Shown here: positions 40,401 through 53,943 of the stretch, in pieces
Numbering within the stretch: position 1 is the stretch's first letter
Layout of the letters: the number at the start of each line of letters is the position of its first letter
Position numbers and translations under genes: made by a program
NCBI GenBank assembly: GCA_024704765.1
Contig: JAKMXF010000350.1
Span: 108,972-172,971, forward strand
DNA length: 64,000 nt
DNA from: Oopsacas minuta
Lineage: Eukaryota > Animalia > Porifera
Direction: 5' to 3'
Notes under the pieces: model-generated
The model's database searches: none
What the model saw: the letters and a program-made list of their open reading frames with translations, nothing else
Told to the model about the DNA's origin: nothing

Positions 40401-43400
40401 GTTAGGACAGTTAATAAAGATGTGAAGGAATTTTTCGGGATTGCTTTTCCTCATTTTCTGCGGTGCGTCATCAGTAGCAAGCCCTGTACAAATCTTCTTA
40501 ACCAGTAGCGTAGTCTCATGCGGGAGTTCAGCTACTAACTTCTTCCCGTAGATAATCAAATTAGATTCTATCTCACTGAATGATAAACCTTCTATATAGC
40601 GTAATGCATCTTCATAGTCTTTGTTGTCTTCTAACTGAATACGTAGATACCACTCATGTTCATGGAACTGTCTTGCTAAACTCAGTCCTTGCTGGAGGTA
40701 GCCAGCTTGCCTACATACCTGTAAATGAAATAGTATGATTAATACAGTAGACCCTCGTTAATCCGAACAGCACTGTGGCTAGGCGCTGAGAGGGGTGAGC
40801 CCCAAAAAATGTTATAATTAGTTGACGAAAATTCATTTTAGAAATACATACAGTCAAACCTGTTTAATGGCATCTCTGTATAACGGTCACCTGCCCATAG
40901 CGGCCAACTAAAAACAGTTCCCTCCGATTTTCCATTATAATGATCTCTGTATAGCGGCACTTGCTCAACGCTGCCAGCGACCACCATCTTTGGTCCCTTG
41001 CTGGAGCTAAACCTGTCTATAACGGCCACTTTATATGGTGGCATGGCCTCACATAGTTATAGGTCTACATTCGAAAAGTCCCTTTGTCGGACATCAATAA
41101 CTACTTTCCCTACTTTATCTTATATATCGTGATTCATTAAAACAGTATTAAACGAACATCCGAATATTCCTTTTAGTCCTACATAAATCGTACAGTACAC
41201 AAACATGCTACTATGTAATTACCTTGATAGCAGTGACGACATCAAAATTAATTTCCTTGCTGGTAGTAATGAATGTCTCCAGTTTAGTAACATCCTTTAA
41301 CTTAGTATAACAGTTAAGTAACAGTGTAGTGTGGTCAGGGGTAGCTTTAGCATGTTTGTGCAGAGATTCAAGATAGTCAGTTAGGTTATGAGTCCTGTCT
41401 GTGTCTAGATACTTACGTATGACGTAAGAGGGTTCTAGCTTGCCAATAGTTCTCTTATATTGCATCATAGCTCCGTCATAATCTCCCTTCTGGTAGAGAT
41501 GATCTCCATATTGAGTGAATATATCCATTAACCCGTCTGCATACGACTGACTCTCAGCCAGAGAGATAGCTACTGGATACATGTTCTTCTTGAATAATGC
41601 CTGAAGATTGAAAGTATATACTCATATGAACACTTGAATGATTTATCATGTTTTACACATAAAACAAAAATATCAAGGATATTACTTTTGGATATCGGGT
41701 AGAAATTCAATTACATCAAACGCGGCTTCGGCTCTTCGCTCACGATTATCTTGAAGCTTACGCCTCGAGGTATACTGTATTCTCTTTATGACGGACCCTT
41801 CGGGGACATTTTAAAATGGCAGCTAAATTATGTAACATATGATTAATTAAAGTGTGAAAATCTTATTCAGCATAAAGGATACAAAGAGGATCTACATAAC
41901 ACCGCTATAATCCGATAATGTTTCTGATCTGAAATAGGATCTGATAATACCATTTGACCATTTGACCCGTCGGGGATTATTCAGAGTGTACTGTATTTGA
42001 TCATCTTTTAATGATTTCTATTTACTTTCTGAATAAACACGATAAATGGATAATTGCACGACAGAATTTAGAAATTCACTTTCAAACTAGTACACCATAA
42101 CAAACATGAAACAATAGAGATTCGTTAATTATGAAAATGTTCTAACCTGCAATTTACTCTGCATATCAAACTCTTCCAGCCTGACAAGCTTGTGGTCTCG
42201 AGTTACTACAAACAAACATCCCCACTCCCCAACAACATCAACAACACCTCCATGGAATGTCCCAGTAAAAGCAACAAATGAATTCTTAATGTCATATATT
42301 GACAAGTTGACACTCTCTCTCTGTCCCTCACTGGTCATATGCATGAACGCTGATCCTAGAGGCTGTCTATTTGCAGCACTCACCACCACTAGATGACCTC
42401 TGAACCAGCGGAGTAGCTTCTTCTCACCTTCAAATGCTAAGCATTGTCCCTTCTCCTTAGGCGTGTAGAAGTATACAGCCTCATTCCTGCCTACTACGAA
42501 CCTAATAGAACGAGATTATTAATCTTACCAATACTCAGGATTTACCATGGATCAGAGAAAAGTTTATAGATGAATAAATGTGCACAGTTGAAAATAAGTT
42601 GAGAAATACTACAGTAGAACAGCGTTAGTAGGTACACCAGGGATTTTCAAATTGTATGTATTTTAATCGGAATAAATTTAGTACACTAAGTCTGATGGGG
42701 AATAGAAACTGTGCTGGTAAACGGAAGTACTCCGTGTTATCCCTGTTAATACTCACGAGGTTCTACTGTATCTACATAATAACAATTAACAGACGTAAAA
42801 CTCGAATATGTGAAAGCCATTAACAAGATTGTCTAATAATCACGAGTGTATTCAACCTTATAAATACCGGCGTGATATATTACCTGAAATCCTGAGTATG
42901 GTCAGACATAGTTGAACAGTTGAATTTACAGCCTGGAGCATCTAACACACACATAGCATCCTTAGATGTTAGGATGTAGGAGAGGATCTGATCACTCGTG
43001 CTTACATACAGTAAGATGGACTGTCCCAGCTGTTTGAAGCCGAGCCCAGTGATGGGATTGGCCCCTGTGTCTATCACACGCTGCTTGCTACTCCTGTCTT
43101 TTGTTAGGTTACCTCTTATAAGAGTAACAGTCCCCTGGTGACTGCCTACTGCTATCATATTCATGTTCTCATGGGCAGAGAGACAGGAGATAGAGGGCAC
43201 CTCTTTACCTGTGTTGACCCGAATTGTGCGAGCACACACCGGACTGCCTAGCTTGTCTTTCTCAAAATCCCACACCTGACAGGAGAAATATAAATTAATA
43301 TATAATACAAATATTAAGTAATTTATATTATTAAATCTGAATTGGTGTTTGTTTATTTGTTTGTCCGTTGTCAAGGAAAGGATTTAGGGTATGCAATTTT

Positions 43401-46400
43401 GAAATTGTCGCATAACTATGTATTTTATCGTGTTTATCAAGGAAATAAATAAAATTCGAATAAACTTCACTGAATATATCGAACATGCTGAATCCGATTT
43501 TCACACTTTTGCATTAATCATATGTAAATTTATTGTTGTTTTTATGAATATAAAATAAACAAATTTCAAAATTGTGGTAGAAACATGCTTTCAATTGTTA
43601 TACTGAGGTAATCTCGAGTATGCGAAGTCCAAATATGATATTCGGCCAGATAAGCTCAGGACTGTAGCAGATGTTATACGGGTTAGATCAATCGACGGAG
43701 GAATTGTACAGGTAGGCTGTTAATCTAGGGCCTAGGCAGAGTGGATCATGAGACCCATGAAGCCACGACCCATGTTACATTGACCCTTTGAATAACCTGT
43801 CCATAGAATGCTATGACCAAAGACTACTATAATAACGGACTGTAAGCTACCAGCTCGGGTCCTGGAACTTGGGTCCATGTGTTTTCTTGATATCTCCTAA
43901 TCCGCTAAAGTGAGAAAGCTGTAACCATTGTGACTTAATCATGAAGATAACCATAAATGGTCATTTTTAAGGTTACGCAATAAGCTCAAGAGAAATCATA
44001 TCAAAATGTATTACAATGGCATAGTAAGTGGGTCTATACTATGAATAGGATATTCTGATTTCACAATTTCTTCCGCGATTTTCGAATTATAATTGGATAT
44101 CCATAAAAATGTGTCATCCATGGTCCCTACTGTAACTCAAGATGAACCAACTTTATCGCGATAATTTTATATATTTTGTATAAAAATATATGGAGATCAT
44201 TTCATACATTAATTCGGAAAAAAAGCTGCATTATCATAACGTTATACGGACCATTACAAGCTATCAAACAATTACATATTTTACCAAATAAACGCTTACC
44301 AGACAAATATTTTAGCTAATTCTTGACATGTTTAGCGTATAATGATTAATAAATGTTGTACTACAAATGTGTAATACATATAATCGGGGAAAAATTTCCT
44401 TAAACAGGCCCCGTTTAAACCCCTCCGCCGCAAACAACATCCCTAGTCCAAAATTCACAATTTTATGTGCGGTCTTATGTATAGTTGGGTATGAGGAAGA
44501 AAATCTGACTAGAGGAGTCGTTACCTATGTATCCCTATTGTATAATAACACATTTCTCATGTTTAGCTCAAAATTGTAAGCGATATTTTCACATTATCAA
44601 CATAAAGTGGAAAGGTGTAAAACCACATAATTCCAAAAGGATTTTAGGTAGGCAATACTGAGCAACTCCCAATATATCACTTCCCATCCAACAATAATGC
44701 ATTTTTGGAGTCTAACTTTTTCGGATTAGGCAATATCAAGAAAACACATGGACCCAAGTTCCAGGACCCGGAGCTGGCAGCCAACAGTCCTGTATTATAG
44801 TAGTCTATGACCATTTATGATTAAGGCAACGGTGGTCACCAAAAATTATGGACCAGGGATTGATTGAACGGTGGATTAGGGGGGGGCAAAGGAGGCAATT
44901 GCCCCCCACCCTCACATGTTTTCTAGGAATAGGTGTCAAAGGATTATGAATGTGGGATACAGTAATTATAATATACACGTACATTAGAGTAGCGCTTCGC
45001 GGGTTGCGAACGCTTTGTGCTCGCATGGGGCTCGACACTTCGTACCTCGAATTGGTCAAAGCATAAAAGTAACAACAATACGTTGGTGATAAATTCATAT
45101 TTGCAATCAGCATACCCGCTTACCCCAGTCTAACGGTTGCACAGTTTCCAGCAGTTTCCAGCAATTTCGCACAATTTCGCACAGTTTCGCACAGTTTCCA
45201 GCAATTTCGCACATTGCTGGAAACTGTTCCTAAAAATGCATTAAATATTCAAAATTGTTCTCGTAAACATTTATAGACCTTGTTGCTTCCGGCCGCATGC
45301 GGCCTAAAAAGGCGAGTTTGGAACCCCTGGGTTACTCTAACCAAATATTCGGTTTCAACCTTGATTTTAGCACACATTAGAGCTGTTGTTTAGGGTATTT
45401 ATCAGAGAAAGGGGGACGAAAATATTTTAATATGGAACAATCTACTTCAAAGATAGTTGCCCTGGGGGGATAATTTACTTCGGGGTGATAGATTGCTTCG
45501 TGGCAGGTCTTTAGTTTTTCCACCCTAGAGGTTTGGCCTTATAGCATTACAGATTCAACAGGATACGGACTGTTCGGTACTTAGACATTTCGGGACGTGG
45601 ACAATTCGGTAGGTTATTAAGATGTACAGTAGAAACTCGTAAATATTTACTGTTACTGCTAGATTAATGATTTTAATGAGAAATATTGAAACAAAATGAT
45701 ATAAGTAATGATGAGAGTGAGCACTAGTATTAGTATTAGTATTAGTATTAGTATTATGTCTCGTTTAGGCCAATTCTATGTGCCCACTCCACGTATATAC
45801 TCATGGGTAGTTTGTGACAGTATCCGGAGATCAGACTTTTAAGCGCTTCCTCATTAGCTTAATCCTTTTGCCGTTTTGCAGGCTTTTCTCCAGCAATAAA
45901 TTTAGCCTGTTTTACTTCGACAAGTCCTTGCTCTCGCTTCAATGCATTGATGAAACGCCAAATATTGGGATGGTAACCTCCGACGGTAGCATTGTATGAG
46001 TGATGCCAAGCTTCTACTGTGTTAGTAGTTCTCTGAATACCCTGAGGAACTTCGTGGTGATGATTCCACATCTCTATTTGAAAGATGGGCTCCTGATGGG
46101 TACCACCAGGGAGTGTACGTCCTATGTAGGTGAGTTGACGGCGTATGGTACGCTTGAGACTTTCTAACTTTGGTAGCTTAACTGATACACTTTCACTTAT
46201 CATCATGACCGTTTCTCTAATAATGTGATAAGTGCTGTCTTGTGTATGTCGTGCCTTTCTCTTAAGGCCAATCTTTGTTTCCGGCAATTAACTAATTGCA
46301 TATCTGGTGCATGTAGGCGTTGATTAGCTCTCTTCACTATTGTCAACTCATTAGTGTGTAATCTTGCTTTACACTGACATTTTCTCTCACGTTGCCAATG

Positions 46401-46845
46401 AGTTGTATCGCCATAAATCTAATTTTGAACCGAAATGTCTACGTACCGAACTGTCCCGTACCAAAATGTCCACGTACTGAACAGTCCGTATCCCAGATTC
46501 AACATATTCCGTAGCATATATTCTATGAGACATAATAAATATAAGTAGTACCTTTATGAGTGGACTATTTCCCTCCTCATCCTTACCAGCTGATACCAGA
46601 ACATTGTGTTGTTTGAGTTGGTAAAGATTAGTAACACATAGCTCAAAGGCAGGATGCTTAACCAGCTGATAGCGGTTGTTAAGACAGTGCAGATATCCAG
46701 TAGAATCTCCAAACACTATTTGACCACTACCTCCACTGACTGAGGTTATCTCTATGTTTGCTAACTTGTCGAATGAGTGTTGGGAGTCTGGTTCCATCAG
46801 CTGTTCCTTCTCAAATATTTTACATGTCTTCCAAGTGTAAGCCAT
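37466..46845 (-). CDS. VPS11: Vacuolar protein sorting 11 (HOPS/CORVET core), 7 exons: 46552-46845, 42884-43275, 42147-42501, 41223-41600, 40368-40718, 38784-39167, 37466-37987 (~891 aa)
   Basis: YGDHLYQKGDYDGAMMQY, PDHTTLLLNCYTKLKD, C-terminal RING CSLC..HFLCQHSYHQSC..CPLC and FSVVAEYFGRG; all junctions GT/AG and frame-preserving. Confidence 0.95.
42612..42768. mobile_element. pogo/Tigger-like MITE in a VPS11 intron
   Basis: TA|CAGTAGAAC ... GGTTCTACTG|TA. Confidence 0.65.
43325..43640 (+). repeat. Helitron-like dispersed repeat copy
   Basis: Homologous to 22040-22370 (gtttgtccgttgtcaaggaaaggattt...). Confidence 0.7.
43821..44806. mobile_element. Non-autonomous DNA transposon with ~95-bp TIRs and an imperfect 8-bp TSD
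   Basis: agactactataata..gggtcctggaacttgggtccatgtgttttcttgatat is inverted at 44712-44806; flanks ATGACCAA / ATGACCAT. Confidence 0.75.
45561..46493 (-). mobile_element. Internally deleted Mutator-like element (MULE) in VPS11 intron 1
   Basis: TIRs GGATACGGACTGTTC(G/A)GTAC; TSD CAGATTCAACA (45550-60, 46494-504); MULE C-terminal fragment RTTNTVEAWH..HPNIWRFINALKREQ. Confidence 0.9.
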
Positions 46846-48179
46846 CAGCTAATTAACCAACATAAATGCACACGATCAAATGAAGCAAATTTTATTTAGA
46901 AGTGAATCTACAGTAGATTATTATATATTTCTTGGCGATGAATCCTGTAAGTTTCGTCCCCGTACATTCGACGCGCCTGGTAATTATATTCGCCCATCGA
47001 TTGATTAGTTGCAATCTTCAGTATATTATAGCTAATCTAAAGCTAATTATTCCTACATCTTCCAGAGCGCGTGAAAGACCCTTGAACAATAACTGAAACG
47101 TAATGTGTAACCATAATTATACATTAACATGCTAAAACTACACAAAAATTGTGTTATTCCAACTCTGAAATCATTGAAAGTTTGAAACCAAAACAAAGAG
47201 CAAAAGACAACATAATAAAATAATATAATCAAAGTCTCTCACCCTCTTTGATCAAGGAACGAAAAATTGGCGAGAAATTACAGTCCTACATTCATCGGTA
47301 ATTAAGTTATTAGATACATATAGATTTGATGCTCTTCATAATATCAGGGTATAAAAGTGATATTCGCGCTGCTCTACTAATTGTAGCTGTTGATCGGCAG
47401 GGCAGGATCCCACGATCAGCAACACCGTTCACACAGGCCAGATGCATAACGACCCTCGATGTAGCTTTTATGATTTTATCCGAGTTCCAATACCAACGGG
47501 AGTTTTGAGGAAAGAAGTGTCCAATCTTGCTGCGTCAGAATGGACAGCAATGCATGAGGATCGGTTAACCAACCCCAGCCCTCTGCACATCAGGGCTGAG
47601 GTTGGTTAACCGAATTTAGGGCGCGGTTAAAACCTTTTCGATAATGGCCGTTAACAGATTAACCGCAGTAAGCATTCTTTAATACAATCAATGAAGTTAT
47701 GTAACTAAATTGTGATTGTATCAATACATAGCTATTATTTATGCAATCGTATTGCGATTGTAACTAAAAAATATTGAAATATAGTAATACGTACCAAAAT
47801 GTTACATTTCAAAAATACTTAAATAACAGAGTTCGTGTACATATATTTCTTACCTCTTAAAAGCGGAGGAATTATGAATAAATGGTTGGAAATTATGCTA
47901 TTCGGTTAACCGAATATTTCCCTAGCAGTTAATTGGATAGAGCGGCGGTCAACCGGATAACTTAATCCAGCTTTGTGCCATCAAGTACAAGGGCTGTTCA
48001 ATAAATAATGAGATTTTTTTTCATAATTTATATAGTAAACCTATACTTATCATAATTGACGGAGGGAGACAGTTGTGTACAAAGCTAGTGCGACGTTTGT
48101 GTGCGAATATTTTTGAACGTGCCTTTTTGTAAGTGCCTGGAGGGGTGGGTAGATGGCTCACTGGCTTAGTATCACTGTA

Positions 48180-48554
48180 CAGTGGAACCTTTATAAATGG
48201 GGGAGCACGGGATGAGGAAAACCTGACTTGCTCCCCATTCCCAGGTTATAATTTGCATTATGAAGTGTATGTTTTTCAAATTGCCTCGTCTGTTAAGGGT
48301 GTTAATGTAAGTATTACACTTTTGGGATGAGTGTAGGTGTTAAGAATCAACAATTGGATATGAAACAGAGAAAAATAGATATACAAATTTTCACCATCCT
48401 AAGCACCCTTAGATTTTCAGTCAATTTGTGTAGTAATATAAATAAGGATAAAAATAGAGGGAAAATGATCCCCACTTCCCCAATTATAGAGGGTAATTTG
48501 TATGGAAATGAACTAAGATGGTCTAAAATTCCCCAACTTATAGAGGTTCTACTG
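48180..48554. mobile_element. pogo/Tigger-like MITE
   Basis: TA|CAGTGGAACCT ... AGGTTCTACTG|TA. Confidence 0.65.
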
Positions 48555-48799
48555 TATCAGTAATACTTGATAAACTGATCAACGTGATAAGTCATTTATT
48601 TAAATATTGTTGTAAGGATCAATACCTAATACCTAATACCTAATACCTAATACCTAATACCTAATACCTAATACCTATACTACAGAAATAATAATGACGG
48701 TAATACTAATTCTAAAAAATGGAGATGCTAACAATACTGAAAGATTTGATAATTAAAGGGGCACCTTAAAAAGTATTGGTTTTAAGGCAGGTATGAATA

Positions 48800-50050
48800 G
48801 GCCGCCTCGTGTGATAGCTCATTACTAATCCAACTAATGCGAATTCTCTTTCCAGTGATTTTTTAGACTTGGTCGGTGTGCTTGTTTAAGTTCCACGCTT
48901 GATTGTTCTATTTTTAGCGTTTCACAAAACTTCCAAAAGGTAGGATGGTGAGATGCAACCGTTGATGAGAAGGCACGATGGCAAGCTTCTACTGAATTTG
49001 TTGTAGTGTAGGTATCCCATATGCCACCAGATGGTAATTGTTCCACATTGGAATTGGAAATAATGGTGGATGATAAAGATCGTGTTCATCTATTTTTTCC
49101 AACATAGGTGTCTTGAAAATATATATACACTGCTAGTGCTTCAGTAGAAAATTGGGACTTAAGGGTTTCGAATGCTGTAAGAACAAATTGAGGAGGTAAG
49201 TAAGCCAATGTTGGTAACATCCTAACAGTTATTGAGAATTCGGTATTATTAGAATATAATGTCTTCATTCCTGAATCTTGTACGTTTCTATAAACAGTTG
49301 TGAAAGATGGAAAAAACAACCCTTAATGAATGTCCTTGGCCAGATTTCGGTAAATGTTTTTATTGCAGCTCTTTTGAAGTCAACCCACAAATATTGTGGA
49401 TTTGAATCTGGACACAGCTGTTTAATGATCTGCCACATTTTACGATAGTAAAAAGAACTCTTTCCACGCAGTAGTATGTAAATAGATGGCAATAAGTGTC
49501 CATCTCAGAATGGGTAAACTCCAACTAAAGCATGTACTGTATACAGTTGTGCAAATAGGCTAGGAACGACCTCAAACGTGCCATCTACCATCCAAATACT
49601 AGAAAACGAAGAATTTTTTGTTTTCTTCAGTAGCGAACATGATAATTCTATCTATTCCTGGCCCAGAATCATAAGCTAAGAAACTATTTCCACCTAAAGT
49701 TTGGATATTTCCATCACGTGGAGATCAAAAAGATCGGTAGGGTTATTTGGCAGATTGTTTTTAAGCTTTTTTCACGGGGTAGAAGAGTTTTCGCAATTTG
49801 AGAAAGGTTTCCTTTCCTACACTTCTGCAATAATACGGTGAGGATTATCGTGGGATTCTAGAACACGTCTCTTGACGCCAGCACGAAATTTCAGAACTTC
49901 TTCTTTGCCAATCTCTTCCCCATGGCAATGTTGGCCTATAATTTTCAATATAGATGTTACAATTGTGTGAATACGGCCTTTGCAGTTCTTTATTTGACAA
50001 CGCCATTGTTGTTTACCATTTGATTCACGTTGGAAATTGAAAATATAGCC
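48800..50050 (-). mobile_element. Degenerate MULE (FLYWCH + MULE) transposase remnant
   Basis: Fragments WRCQIKNCKGRIH, WMVDGTFEV, VDFKRAAIK..GCFFHLSQ and TTNSVEACH..HPTFWKF in several frames. Confidence 0.8.
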
Positions 50051-50889
50051 ACTGTATGACAGTTTAACCCGCCTTTCGATGATTTTATTAGTTTATAATC
50101 TGAGTTTTCATCAATTGCTTCGGAGGAATTGTCAATTGAAGAGTTAATGTTTTCTTCATGTGGGTCATTCTCAATAAAAAGATAGAGCTATCCATGGCCA
50201 TTGGCATGTCTGGAATGATATTATCCAGATCAACCATTGCATTTTGCAATTCTATTGCATTCTCTCTAACCTCTCTATGTAAGATGTCAGTTTGTTGTTG
50301 CCTACCGTGGCAATAATTGTGGAAATCTGACAACTTCTCCAGTATTTCTACATTATCAATGAATGTGATATCATCTTTCCTGTCCACGTTAGTATTCCTC
50401 AACATTCTTGAAAATCTCCCAAATTTATCAATGCCACCTTTAAATATTGAGTAGTCAATTTGAATCTGTATCCAGTTATGAGACTTGGTGAGGCAAGGGT
50501 TACAAAATATCATTTAGTCCATGCAAAATTTGTTGGAGACCGAGTATAACTTTTCTATTTCGAAAAGGAATAAGAATCGCTATGAGCACCTCCAACGGTT
50601 TTTCCATCAGCTCGGAAATTAGTAGAGTATCATTACAATTTAAAGAATTCGGAAGCGCAATTCATTGAGAAAATCCATTTATTCACCAAAAATAAATGCC
50701 AAGGAATAATTAAGTAATCTATCAAGTAAAATATATTTAAGAATACTAAGTGAAATTGTTATTATTCACTAGCATTGTACTATTATTCCTTATTTATGAA
50801 TTATCACTATTTTATTTGTACACAAAAGTCATACTCCCCATAATTGATTATCAAATGTTTCGATAAATTCTCCCTTTAACTTTATACAT

Positions 50890-52049
50890 CGTTTTCATCG
50901 TTCTGGTAACTTTTCCAGCCCAGTGGTATAGAATTCTTTAGGAGTCCCTTTTTCCCACTGTTTTATTTCGTACTCCAGCCGTTTGAAATCCTCAAATCTC
51001 TTCCCTCGAAAGGGTCTCTTCATCTCTCCAAACTGCCAGTAGTCGCTGGGAGCCAGGTCTGGGCTATACGGAGGATGAGGGAGGCATTCGAATCCTAAGT
51101 CGTCAATTGCAGCCATTGTCTTGGAACTTACATGGGGCCTTGCGTTGTCATGTTGCAGTAATGCGCCACGTGTCAACTTGCCTCGCCTTTCACGTTTAAT
51201 CGCTTGACGCAATTCTTTCAACTCGTCAACGTAATAATCACTGTTTATGGTTGTCTTCTCAGGCAACCAGTCGAGGTGTATAATTCCTTCCCTATCCCAA
51301 AATACTGTTGCCATTCTCTTCCCTGCTGATTTTGCGGCCTTTACCTTGATGGGTACAGGTTCATCACGTCACTTCCACTGCTTCGATTGAGTTTTGCTCT
51401 CTGGTTCATAATAATGAAACCAAGTTTCACCCCCCGTTACTATACGATCCAAAAATTCTTCCTCTGCCTTGTATCTTGAAAGTAATTCTTTGCTAACTCT
51501 GAACCTTTCGCGTTTTTGTTCTTTTTGAAAGAAGTTTTGGGACCCAACGCGCAGTTACCTTCGACATTTCCAGATCTTCAGTGATAATCGAGTGTAGTGT
51601 GGCTTTTGATATACCTACCCTCTCTTCTAACTCTCGCAGGGCTATTCATCTGTCCTCGTCCAAAATAGTTTGGACCCTCTCGATATTACTGCAGGTTTTT
51701 GAGGAAGTCGGACGACCTGGACGAGGGTCATCGTGGAGTTCCTCATCGTCATTATCAAAACGTTCGATCCATCTATATATGGTGGCTTTCGAAGGACATT
51801 CATTACCGAAAATATCCTGCATTTTACGAAGAATGTATGAGCCAGTCTTCCCCCTTTTCCACTTGTACCAAATTATTTGTCGTTTTCTTCTTTGCTAAAA
51901 TCCATTAGTTGAAAAAGGTCGAGTAAAGAGTATATTGCATAGAAGTTAGACAATCAAGTTAGGCTTGTAATCTGATATTAAGCTTAGAGCTGTATTTACT
52001 AGACTATGAATTCGATACATTAGTCTCATTACTTATTGAACAACCCTTG
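50890..52049 (-). mobile_element. mariner (DD34D) element, 3'-truncated and decayed
   Basis: HDNARPH..YSPDLAPSDY in ORF 50895-51314; upstream TGGETW (catalytic D replaced by G); one TIR (rc CAAGGGTTGTTCAATAAGT) ending at 52049 followed by TA. Confidence 0.85.
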
Positions 52050-52506
52050 TAAAATTAGCATTTTATGCAAAGTACAAAATTCGGGTGTGATTTAGAGTCT
52101 AGGTGTCCTTCGTCCCCACTAACGGAGTTCAGCATCCGCGACTTTTTTCAGGCCTACATATATATCGGGGCTTCATTGTCGGCGAGATTTTGATATGATA
52201 TGATTCAAGGTTGGGGTAGTTGATTTTCTTGGGATCGTGAAATTTCACATATATTCTAAGGTGTTAAGTATTAATACTAATTCTAGCGGACACATAAACA
52301 ACCCAATACACAATAGCAAGAAGAAAATTAATAATTCAGATTCAACACTGTCCACAATTCAGATCATATATAACAATAATCACTCGAAAATCATGAACTA
52401 GGTACATATATCACACATGTAATAATTACAATATTTATGTGCATTCAATCAACAATCTGAATATTAAAATATACACTATTCGATTTTGCTGTACAAGTAA
52501 AAAGTA

Positions 52507-53943
52507 CTAAAATGAGGTTGCTATTTTATATATAGCAACTCCACTTCCTATGACTCCACCAACCAGTCCTATCCCTAGAATAATGATATCTTTAACAATC
52601 CATACATAGAATGGCAGGCGATATCTCTTTGCACCCCAGAAGGTGATAATCTCTATGGCTGCAGGGAATATCAGTGCTAGACAGCTGCTACTGAATGCAC
52701 CTATTAGATCTACCAGGAGGTTAATCTTGTCTATTGCGATAGGAATTAGAGCAGTGAATATCACCAAAATTGTACGAATAATAATCTGCAATATTAGCTT
52801 TTTTATTGGCGATTTTATCCGTCGTAGAAAAGGAGGTTCGATTATTTCCATAGGAACATAAAATTGTATTAAGTATGAACTAAATATCCCAAAAATCAAA
52901 TAAAGGATGGCAATAGAGTACAGCACATATATTGGTGACGTGAGTGCCTTTGGGAAGTTAAGTGAGACTACATCAGCAAGATTATCACCAAAAGCAAAGT
53001 ATCCTAACAACCCGAGTATCGCATAAGAGCTGATTATCATTAACATACCTAGCCAAAGAATTGGTTGAAAGAACTTAGGGTTAGCCATTTTATTCTCAAG
53101 CGGTAGTACAGAGCCAATGCCTTCAAACGCGAATATAACATTACCAAAGAATAACGGATAGCTTATTGGAGTTGTAGAGAATGGTTCTACGCCAGGACCT
53201 AGTGCCCCCTGCTCAGCAATTGTGAGAGAAGAGAACACCAGTATTATAGTAATACTGTACAGAATACATATGTTAGCAACGGATGATATGGGAGCTAGGT
53301 ATTTAAGAGTACGGATATAACTAGCGAGAATAAATATAGGAAGAATTGCTAGAATAATTAACCTGTAGTTGATTGGCATTGCACCTGAGTTTTCTATCAG
53401 AAGTATTATATGCTTTGAAATAAATGCTAGATAAGTGCAACAGAACCCAAACTGTGTTAGAAGGAGCATGGCATTGACAAAAATGCGAGCTATCATTCCC
53501 CAGTATCTCTTCTTAAACTTGTAAGCAATAGCCAGCTCTGCTACGTCTGCATAGCTTAGTGCAGGAAGCTGCAACTGGGCACACAAGTGATGACTACAGG
53601 TTACAATTACAGTCATGCAGTGAGTAGCTATTATCCCCATTAATAAAAGTATGGTAGGACCAAATACATAACCAGCATCCTTCATGGCATTAGGCATAGT
53701 CAGTAAACCAATACCGATGTTAGCCTTTAAGATATGCATGAGGGTAGCACCTGGGCCTGTCGCATTGGTCTTTCTTATGGTTGCGTTATTCTCTGAGATA
53801 GTCAAGTAAGCTATTCTTAGAGGTTCCATGTCTACATGTATGCTCTCAAAGAATTCATTCGTCTGGAGGTTAGTATCTGGTCCGAAGTCCTTCTTGTTAA
53901 GTAATAGATTATGTTCCGTCATGTTATCATCATCATCATCCAT
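52507..53943 (-). CDS. SLC36 (proton-coupled amino acid transporter, PAT-like), 478 aa, intronless
   Basis: HILKANIGIGLLTMP, QFGFCCTY, FGNVIFAFEGIGSVLPLENKM, IQFYVP; ~11 TM segments. Confidence 0.93.
   Translation of the reverse strand: MDDDDDNMTEHNLLLNKKDFGPDTNLQTNEFFESIHVDMEPLRIAYLTISENNATIRKTNATGPGATLMHILKANIGIGLLTMPNAMKDAGYVFGPTILLLMGIIATHCMTVIVTCSHHLCAQLQLPALSYADVAELAIAYKFKKRYWGMIARIFVNAMLLLTQFGFCCTYLAFISKHIILLIENSGAMPINYRLIILAILPIFILASYIRTLKYLAPISSVANICILYSITIILVFSSLTIAEQGALGPGVEPFSTTPISYPLFFGNVIFAFEGIGSVLPLENKMANPKFFQPILWLGMLMIISSYAILGLLGYFAFGDNLADVVSLNFPKALTSPIYVLYSIAILYLIFGIFSSYLIQFYVPMEIIEPPFLRRIKSPIKKLILQIIIRTILVIFTALIPIAIDKINLLVDLIGAFSSSCLALIFPAAIEIITFWGAKRYRLPFYVWIVKDIIILGIGLVGGVIGSGVAIYKIATSF

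Noticed and set aside
50088-50513. 141-aa ORF between MULE and mariner remnants
   Set aside because: No motif recognised; probably a fragment of an unidentified TE or gene.
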